The translations under genes were made by a program, and so were the position numbers. A stretch of DNA of 25,243 bases from Spirochaetia bacterium (lineage in GTDB: Bacteria; Spirochaetota; Spirochaetia; CADAEX01), in assembly GCA_963662265.2 (NCBI GenBank), contig CAXXHA010000007.1, positions 1-25,243 of the forward strand, given 5' to 3'. Each line of letters opens with the position of its first letter. Position 1 is the stretch's first letter. Under the pieces are notes generated by a model. The model was not told the origin of the DNA and searched no databases. It saw only the letters and a program-made list of their open reading frames with translations. Positions 18,590 to 25,243 of this stretch are shown one piece after another.

Positions 18590-19801
18590 ATGACGGAAAA
18601 ACAACAGACGGAAAAAAATATTAATATTTTCGGTGAATTCAGAGATAAAAAAGAAGAGCTGAAATTCCGGGATGCAACATGGGCAAGGGTTACAGAAAGA
18701 ATTGGTAAAACCTCACTGCTTGCGGGGCTTTTTTTTCTTATGGCAGGTGCGGCCCCCTTTTTTATCAAGGAAGTTACAGGTATTGCCCCTGAGCTGTTTT
18801 TTTTCAGAGGGATTATTGCTCTCTGGGGGGTATTTATATTTCTTTCTTCATCAAGGGAGAAACTGAGAAAATACATATTGTTCAATATTTCAGTTTTTAT
18901 ATTGATGATGGGGCTTTTCGAGTCATATGAGGCTGTTTTAACCTACAGGCCTGACTTTGAATATAATATCCCGTTTACGCTTCTGATTATTCTTTTATTC
19001 TATATGCTTTTTCCCCTTTCCGTAAAATCAGTTGCCCCTGCATCTGTCAGCTCATCAATTGCATATATACTCTCACTCGGGCTTTTTACACCTGCAAAAT
19101 GGCCTGACCTGATACAGCTTTCAATATTTTTTGCTTTTGCCAATATCATGGGGCTTCATATATTTATTGAACTTTCAAGGAACAGGAGATACAGGTATCT
19201 TTCCTACAACGAGATAAACAAGCTTTACTTCCTTCTCAATGAAGAGATAAGGAAAAAAGATGAGGCTAATAAAAAGCTTTCTGTACTTGCTGAAACAGAC
19301 GAACTGACAGGGATAGCAAACAGGAGAAAGTTTTTCAGCAGTCTTGAAGGTGAGTTTATCAAGGCAAAAAGGTATAAGAGGCCTCTTTCTGTCCTTATGC
19401 TGGATATTGATTATTTCAAGAATGTAAACGACAGCTACGGCCATGATGCGGGCGATAAGGTTATAAGAGAATATGTTGACAGGTGTCTTGAAAGCCTGAG
19501 GCAGTCTGATATTATTGCCAGGATAGGAGGTGAGGAATTCGCTGTAATTCTTCCTGAAACAACAGGGGAAGGTGCATTGATACTTGCCGAAAGAATCAGG
19601 GAAGGTATTGAAAACAGGTTATTTGATACAGATGAAAAGAGTCTGAAAATAACCACCAGCTGCGGAATAGCATCTCTTGAAGCAAAGGATTTTGCAGATA
19701 CAGGTGATTTTATCAAAGCTGCTGACAGGGCACTTTACATGGCAAAAGAAGGCGGAAGAAACTGTATATGCAGCCTGGAATACGCAGATGAAAATAATTA
19801 A
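18590..19801 (+). CDS. Membrane diguanylate cyclase (GGDEF)
   Basis: About 6 TM helices, then TDELTGIANRR, LDIDYFKNVNDSYGHDAGD, RQSD I-site, GGEEF and ADRALYMAKEGGRN. Confidence 0.95.
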   Translation: MTEKQQTEKNINIFGEFRDKKEELKFRDATWARVTERIGKTSLLAGLFFLMAGAAPFFIKEVTGIAPELFFFRGIIALWGVFIFLSSSREKLRKYILFNISVFILMMGLFESYEAVLTYRPDFEYNIPFTLLIILLFYMLFPLSVKSVAPASVSSSIAYILSLGLFTPAKWPDLIQLSIFFAFANIMGLHIFIELSRNRRYRYLSYNEINKLYFLLNEEIRKKDEANKKLSVLAETDELTGIANRRKFFSSLEGEFIKAKRYKRPLSVLMLDIDYFKNVNDSYGHDAGDKVIREYVDRCLESLRQSDIIARIGGEEFAVILPETTGEGALILAERIREGIENRLFDTDEKSLKITTSCGIASLEAKDFADTGDFIKAADRALYMAKEGGRNCICSLEYADENN

Positions 19802-20150
19802 AGCGCTTTTAATACTCATTTCAGTGACAGTTGCAGGGAATATTCTATCCTCTTATACCGGGGGAATACTCCCCGGAAGTGTGATAGGTATGATAATCCT
19901 TTTTCTGCTTCTGATAACAGGAGCTGTTAAACTTGATACTGTACAGGAAACATCTCTCTACCTTGTAGCCCACCTTTCACTTTTCATACTTCCTGCCGCA
20001 GTAAGCGTAATAACAGTCTCAGGGCTTACTGTGAAAGACCTGCTGCTCTTAACCGCAGTTACAGCTGTTTCAACTCTCCTTACAATGAGTGTTACTGCTG
20101 TTGTAACCGAGCTTCTGCTGAAATTATCCGGAGAAAACAATATTGACTGA
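19788..20150 (+). CDS. CidA/LrgA family holin-like membrane protein
   Basis: ATG 19788 (MKIIKALLIL); LPGSVIGMIILFLLL and LSLFILPAAVSVI motifs; overlaps the GGDEF 3' end and lrgB start. Confidence 0.9.
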   Translation: MKIIKALLILISVTVAGNILSSYTGGILPGSVIGMIILFLLLITGAVKLDTVQETSLYLVAHLSLFILPAAVSVITVSGLTVKDLLLLTAVTAVSTLLTMSVTAVVTELLLKLSGENNID

Positions 20151-20835
20151 TATTATAAATTCACCTGTTTTTTATGTGCTTTTGACTCTTTTCTGCTACC
20201 TTGTATCAAATTACATATACGGCAGGATTAAGCTTCATTATATTGTACCTGTTCTTATATCATCCTTGATTCTTATTGGTTATCTGCTTGTAATAGGGAC
20301 TGATTATGCTGAATATATGACAGGCGGTTCTGTTGTCATGTTTTTCCTGGGGCCTGCGACTGTTTCACTGGCAGTTCCTCTCTACAGGCAGCTTAAGCTC
20401 TTTAATAAAAAGAAATTCCTGATAATAACAGCTGGAATAACATCAGGAGTCATCACAGCACTTGTTTCTGTGCTTGTCCTGTCAAAAATTACCGGGCTTT
20501 CTGACAGTATCACAAGGTCCCTGTTCGGGAAGTCGGTTACAATGCCAATTGCCCTGGGGATCTGCAGGAGCGCTGAGGGAATTGTGGCTGTAACTGTAGC
20601 CGGGGTAATGGTTGCAGGTATTTTCGGAGCTGTCATAGCTCCGCTTATCATAAGGCTCACAGGTGTGAAACATCCTGTCTCCAGGGGAGCTGCAATCGGA
20701 ACATCTTCCCATATTATCGGAACAATCAGGGCATTTGAAATAGGCGAGAAAGAGGGGAGCGTGAGCAGTGTCTCAATAGGAATAGCAGGTGTAATTACAG
20801 CATTTCTGGTCCCAGTCATACTCATCTTTCTCTAG
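20143..20835 (+). CDS. lrgB: LrgB/CidB family membrane protein
   Basis: FLGPATVSLAVPLY, KSVTMPIA, SRGAAIGTSSHIIGT.RA and EG..SS motifs. Confidence 0.93.
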   Translation: MTDIINSPVFYVLLTLFCYLVSNYIYGRIKLHYIVPVLISSLILIGYLLVIGTDYAEYMTGGSVVMFFLGPATVSLAVPLYRQLKLFNKKKFLIITAGITSGVITALVSVLVLSKITGLSDSITRSLFGKSVTMPIALGICRSAEGIVAVTVAGVMVAGIFGAVIAPLIIRLTGVKHPVSRGAAIGTSSHIIGTIRAFEIGEKEGSVSSVSIGIAGVITAFLVPVILIFL

Positions 20836-20954
20836 GAAATATGTTTCTGCAATATTCATTCTTTACTATATTTACAAGATATGTTTTATTGTATATATAC
20901 TGAAGATTGTATGAAAATCTGCAAATAATATATAACTTGAAACAGGAGATACTG

Positions 20955-21395
20955 ATGATTGATTTCGTTGCTAAATATTTTTATTATATTTTTCTTGGAC
21001 TTATTATTCTGACTGTTATTCAGAGAAAATATAAAGGGCTCAGTGAAAACAAAAGGATGGCTACATTGATAGCATCAATTCTTTTTTTTATCATGTATAT
21101 AGGTGCCCTGGGCATAAAAAGCAAAAACCTTGACCAAGTATGGATTCTTCTTCCGCTTGCTGTGGATCTTTCTCTGATTTATGTGCTTAGAAACAGGCTG
21201 TTTATATTTAAAATGAACTGCCAAAAATGCGGGAAAAAGCTCAGCTCTACAGATATTCTATATATTGACAGCAACCTCTGCAGCGACTGTGCGGAAACTG
21301 AAAAACCTTCAGACTCATCTGCAGGCGAAAGTGATGAATCTTCTGCTGCCTCAAGTGAAGAAAATGAAGGTGACAGCTCATCAGATTCAGAATAA
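20955..21395 (+). CDS. Hypothetical 3-TM protein with C4 zinc finger and acidic Ser-rich tail
   Basis: AGGAG SD at 20944-20948 and ATG 20955; three hydrophobic helices; CQKC...CSDC; tail SDSSAGESDESSAASSEENEGDSSSDSE. Confidence 0.75.
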   Translation: MIDFVAKYFYYIFLGLIILTVIQRKYKGLSENKRMATLIASILFFIMYIGALGIKSKNLDQVWILLPLAVDLSLIYVLRNRLFIFKMNCQKCGKKLSSTDILYIDSNLCSDCAETEKPSDSSAGESDESSAASSEENEGDSSSDSE

Positions 21396-21450
21396 GGTTC
21401 AATAATACAATATCCATGCAAAATCAGGATTATAAAGATTCCCTTAATAT

Positions 21451-21474
21451 TAACTCCCGCAGAAACGGGAGTTA
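21451..21474. terminator. Probable bidirectional terminator hairpin
   Basis: TAACTCCCG-CAGAAA-CGGGAGTTA perfect 9-bp stem with A/T flanks, between convergent genes. Confidence 0.6.
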
Positions 21475-21566
21475 TTATTGTGTGCCGGGCATGGCGCTTA
21501 TCCAGGATGTGAAAAAGCCTCATGATATAGTATTATTGGGGGGAAATCTGAAATTTAAAAAATAAA

Positions 21567-22196
21567 TCAGATAACAGTGAGAATCTCATCAAGATTTTTT
21601 TTATCCCGCTTTTCAATATTCTGCTCATCTGCATAACCTACCGGCAGAATCATGAAAGGCCTTTCATTTTCCGGCCTGTTCAGGACTCTCCCCAGGAAAG
21701 ACATCGGAGCCGGTGTATATGTCAGAGTACTGTATCCAGATAAATGCAGGGCAGAAATAAGAAATCCTGTCGCAATACCGACAGATTCGTTTGGATAATA
21801 CACTTTTTTCCTGTTGCCTGAGCTGTTTGTATCATAACGCTTTAAAAATATGCATATCAGGCATGGAGCTTCTGTAAGAAACGGTTTTTCACAGTTTGTC
21901 TTCAGCGCTTCAAGGTCTTTTCTCCATTCATCAGAGATTTTTTCCTCATAAAATACTTTTTCGGTCTTTTCAGCCTCTTCCCTTATTTTCTTCTTCATGT
22001 CCATGTCAGTAACAAGCACAAAATTCCATGGCTGCATATTTGCTCCGCTTGGAGCAGAACCTGCAATTCTGATGCAGTTTTTTACATCTTCAAGAGATAC
22101 TTCCCTGTCCTTGAAAAAACGGGAAGATCTTCTCTGTTTCATGATCCTGTAAAGATCATCTGAATTGATTTGAAAGTTATTATCAGTGTTACTCAT
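21567..22196 (-). CDS. Nitroreductase superfamily, iodotyrosine deiodinase (IYD)-like
   Basis: Likely start MSNTDNN at 22196. RRSSRFF, AGSAPSGANMQPWNFV, KIREEAEKTEKVFY, EWRKDL..L.TN.EKPFL.EAP, YYPNESVGIATG, TLTYTP.PM and RPENERP follow the IYD subgroup pattern. Confidence 0.85.
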   Translation of the reverse strand: MSNTDNNFQINSDDLYRIMKQRRSSRFFKDREVSLEDVKNCIRIAGSAPSGANMQPWNFVLVTDMDMKKKIREEAEKTEKVFYEEKISDEWRKDLEALKTNCEKPFLTEAPCLICIFLKRYDTNSSGNRKKVYYPNESVGIATGFLISALHLSGYSTLTYTPAPMSFLGRVLNRPENERPFMILPVGYADEQNIEKRDKKNLDEILTVI

Positions 22197-22243
22197 AAGG
22201 AAATAGTAAAATAAAATTGAAGATAAGAAAAGGACGAATATTT

Positions 22244-22271
22244 TTGCCAAAAAGGTTTAATCAGCTATAAT
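22244..22271 (+). promoter_or_regulatory. Sigma70-like promoter for the PEGA/barrel-lipoprotein pair
   Basis: TTGCCA (22244-22249), 16-bp spacer, TATAAT (22266-22271). Confidence 0.55.
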
Positions 22272-22333
22272 TAATATATATTATCTATAAAAAGTATTAA
22301 GTGTGTAAAAAAACTAATTCAGGAACAGAAATT

Positions 22334-23621
22334 ATGGGGAAAAAATTAACTTTTATTTTCAGTATATTATTTTTGATTGCTTCAGTAGTAAATATTTCAG
22401 CCGAAAGCAAAAAAACAGTTGCTGTTGTCAATTTCAGCAATGAAACCGGGGGGGAAGGGCTTTCATATCTTTCTTCGGCTCTTTCCGATTCTGTAACTGC
22501 AACACTTTCTGCCAATGAAAAAATACAGACAGTTGAAAGAAGGCAGATATCTGCTGTAATTGATGAAATAAAGCTGGATCTTTCCGGTCTTGCAGAGGAA
22601 GCGCTGTCCCGTGCCGGCAAGATAACAAGCGCAGAAATTATAATTGCGGGTTCCTATACAGGAAATCCTGAAAAAATAACTGTTAACATGAAGGCTGTAA
22701 ATGTTGAAACAGCAGAAGTCATATACGGGAAGGTTATGACAGCAAGCCTCGGCGAGATTTTCGATGTGGTGAGCCAGGAAACAAATGTATTTGCTTCAAT
22801 AATTACAGGCGATGATACAGGACGTCTTTCTGTTTCTACAGTTCCAACCGAAGCAGACATATATATTGACGGGACACTTGCCGGGAAATCACCTCTTGTT
22901 GAATACCTTCTGCCGGCAGGAAGCCACAGGCTTAAGATTATCAGGAAAGGGTACAGGGAAGAATCACGCGATTTTGTGGTTGAAACTGACAAGCATAAAA
23001 AACATCGGTATAAGCTTGATTGAACAGATAAAGGGGTATCCATGGAATACTTCTATCGGAGGAATGTTTAAAATGCCTTTCAATACACCATCTGATTCAG
23101 ATATTTTTAATTCAGGCTTTGAAATACCACTGGCTGTTTCATACACTTTCGACAGGTTTACCTTTGAAGGGGGATACAGCTATTCGAGAATGGACCACAG
23201 TGAAACTATCGAGTCTGTATGGGGTGACAAGGAACAGGACCGATGGTATAACCTGCACACATTTACAGTGAGCTTTCTGTATACATTAATCGATGATAAC
23301 AAGTATTTTGCACCTTACGGAGGACTTTTTCTCGGGGGAACTATTTTTTCAGACAACAGAATCAATTCAGTATATGACAATGAAAAGGAGAATATCGACA
23401 GGTTCGGCAAATTTGTGCTGGGTCCGAAAATCGGTGTAAAATTTATTCCCGATTACAGGCTTAAACCCTTTATAGAAATGCTTTTTTATTTTTATCCGTC
23501 TGATATAGAACGGAAATCATATACTCTTCCCCCTCTTGGCGGAGGACTTCAGGAATCTATAGATACATACAGATACTTCGGTATGTCGATTGGTGCCGGC
23601 TTAAGATATTCATTCAGGTAG
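22334..23621 (+). CDS. Outer-membrane protein: CsgG/FlgO-like domain, PEGA domain, beta-barrel; one frameshift
   Basis: AGGA SD, ATG 22334, signal peptide. VAVVNFSN...VERRQISAVIDE...GSY...KAVNVETAEV (CsgG/FlgO-like); LSVSTVPTEADIYIDG...G.SPL...GSHRLKIIRKGY (PEGA). Removing one A from A6 at 22997-23002 joins a barrel ending IGAGLRYSFR. Confidence 0.8.
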
Positions 23622-23630
23622 GTGATTAAG

Positions 23631-24127
23631 ATGAAAAATATTATGAATGGAAAGAATATTAAAAAAACAATTTATATATCAGTATTGATAATTTTTACAG
23701 TGCTGCTTGTTTCATGCGAGACAGAACCTCCGCAGCCGACAAACCCGATTTTCAGCGATGTTGAAAAGGTGGAAATATCAAGAGATGGTAACAATTTTAT
23801 TTTCTCTGATATCCCATCATATGTTAAATATATGCAGGTTTATATTTTTGATACAGATCCCAGCGGGTATATAGATGATAATAATAAATTGATAAAAAAT
23901 CTTAGTACAATTCTAATTGCAGGTAATCGTACTGATTTAGCGGGAGGTGGTTTGTCCCGGTCATCAGTAACCACATTTTATACACCTAATCCTGAATATA
24001 CTGATTTTACCAGTACAGTAATTGCTGTTGGAAGTTTCAGTAATCCATTTCTGGATTGTTGTGCTAGGATTTGATGAAAAACTATAACCTTACGCATGCA
24101 TCGCCTGATTACAGTTATAGTCCTTAA
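23631..24127 (+). CDS. Hypothetical lipoprotein, 3' end frameshifted
   Basis: KK-hydrophobic-LLVS|C lipobox. Other frames continue FWIVVLGFDE then NYNLTHASPDYSYSP* (TAA 24125-24127), implying two indels near 24040-24080. Start could be 23622, 23631 or 23643. Confidence 0.7.
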
Positions 24128-24138
24128 AAAATATAAAC

Positions 24139-24168
24139 AAAAAAAGCTGCTCAATAAATGAGCAGCTT
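24139..24168 (-). terminator. Intrinsic terminator for the rubrerythrin-like gene (possibly bidirectional)
   Basis: AAGCTGCTCA-ATAAA-TGAGCAGCTT 10-bp stem preceded by an A-run (U-tract on the - strand). Confidence 0.75.
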
Positions 24169-24217
24169 ACCCTGAATATTCTAAATAAACCATGTTATTT
24201 AATATTTAACACTGTTA

Positions 24218-24669
24218 TCAGTTCTCGCTGATTGAATTGTCATATTCAATTTCAAATCTCAGCTTGTGTTTTGCCTCTTCCTGGGCAAGGATTTCAAAAA
24301 AAGTCTTCATTTCCCCATCTTCCACTGCCTCAGAAAGAATCTGTATAAGCATGAATGCTGCTTTTTCCTTTTTTGCTGCAAGTATGAGGGCATCCTGGTA
24401 ACTCATATCATCTGATTCCTCAATATCAATAAGGGTAATCAGTAATTTTCAGATTTGTAATCTCTGATTTTGAAAGTGAAAGCATTTTACCGGCTTTGGC
24501 AGATTCCAGTTTTTTTCCTGTGGCGTCTTCTTCACCTGCAAAGCTGTAAAAAGTTTTTTTATGGCAGATGAACTGCTTTTATCAGCTAGTGATATATAAA
24601 AATTATAGGCTTCAATTTCCCTATCAATTGCATAATCAAGAATTCATCAACAGAATTCCAGTTACTCAT
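24218..24669 (-). CDS. Rubrerythrin/ferritin-like di-iron protein, multiply frameshifted
   Basis: AAGGA SD and ATG 24669. Reconstructed MSNWNSVDE-ILDYAIDREIEAYNFYISLADK...AGEE..H.KKLE...DMSYQDALILAAKKEKAA...LAQEEAKHKLRFE, with two E...EExxH halves. Confidence 0.8.
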
Positions 24670-24908
24670 AATGTCCTTACCGTAAAATGTTTGATCTGTG
24701 TCATTTTATTACATAATATATTATTCCGCTATTATTTTTTCTTCCGGCAGTCTTTCTGTCGTAATTTACAGGTCTGTTGTTTCAGGAGTCTGTGTGATAA
24801 TAATATATGATATTACTGGTTTTATATTTCAAATATTTATCATCTCAGCTGATAAATTATGCTTAAAAATGAGACATATATGTAATTAATGATTTATATT
24901 AATAGGGT

Positions 24909-25243
24909 ATGGAAAACAGTTTTCAATTTAGCTACCTTGATAAATTATTCAAAGATGCACCTGAAATAGTTCTGAATAAATACAGCAAATTTGTGATTCT
25001 TAGGCGACTTTCATATTGGTGTAAGAAAAAGACGAGATGATTTTCTTAAAAATTCTGAAATGTTCATGTATCTTCTGAAAAACTATTATTTAAAAATAAC
25101 TATAAAAATTATTCTCAACGGGGATGTTGAAGAACTTCACAGGCATCCGCTTCATAAATAAAAAAAGCATGGGCTGATCTTTTCGGCATGCTTGAGGAAT
25201 GCGGAAAGGCCGGTATTCTGTTATAAAATTGCGGGAAACCATG
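24909..25243 (+). CDS. Calcineurin-like metallophosphoesterase, frameshifted and 3'-truncated (absent from ORF track)
   Basis: ATG 24909 MENSFQFSYLDKLFKDAPEIVLNKYSKFVIL, then across frames DFHIG...DDF, IILNGDVEEL and KIAGNH: the DxH, GD and GNH motifs. Confidence 0.75.

Noticed and set aside
19677-19787. Longer start for the CidA/LrgA ORF
   Set aside because: Lies inside the GGDEF domain; the family length (~120 aa) fits ATG 19788.
22997-23002. Programmed frameshift or phase variation at the A6 run
   Set aside because: The run is short and neighbouring genes show many similar indels, so sequencing error is more parsimonious.
24713-24724. ATAATATATTAT palindrome upstream of the rubrerythrin-like gene as a Fur/PerR box
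   Set aside because: Pure A/T palindrome in a very AT-rich spacer, and the spacing does not match the 7-1-7 consensus.
130-24889. Numerous short antisense or overlapping ORFs (e.g. 839-1183, 5704-6027, 7123-7518, 20382-20825, 21179-21523, 24568-24810)
   Set aside because: They are shadows of well-supported genes with no motifs or ribosome-binding sites.

Overview
A 25.2-kb bacterial chromosomal window, most likely from a spirochaete (Spirochaetales). This is inferred from the udg-priA-def-fmt-PASTA gene order, relaxed spirochaetal lipoboxes and HAMP-linked class III cyclase. Left: adenine deaminase (5' end cut off), yjbQ and a frameshifted CAP-domain secreted protein with 18-bp repeats. Core operon: family-4 UDG, priA, def, fmt and a kinase-less PASTA protein. 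After its terminator lies a 53-bp tandem array of hairpins carrying ANGGA (CsrA-type) motifs. Middle: an accessory signalling/surface block with a Zn-ribbon protein, nitroreductase, adenylate cyclase, coiled-coil membrane protein, large CARDB/Ig-repeat lipoprotein, putative beta-barrel protein and a GGDEF cyclase overlapping cidA/lrgB. Right: iodotyrosine-deiodinase-like flavoprotein, a second barrel+lipoprotein pair, a rubrerythrin-like gene and a metallophosphoesterase. Single-base indels, mostly in homopolymers, break genes at 2.2-3.8 kb and 23-25.2 kb and look like long-read consensus errors. The most interesting candidates are the GGA-hairpin array (CsrB-like sponge or REP-like element) and the twice-seen 'barrel then lipoprotein' architecture. 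No rRNA, tRNA, CRISPR array or transposase was recognised.
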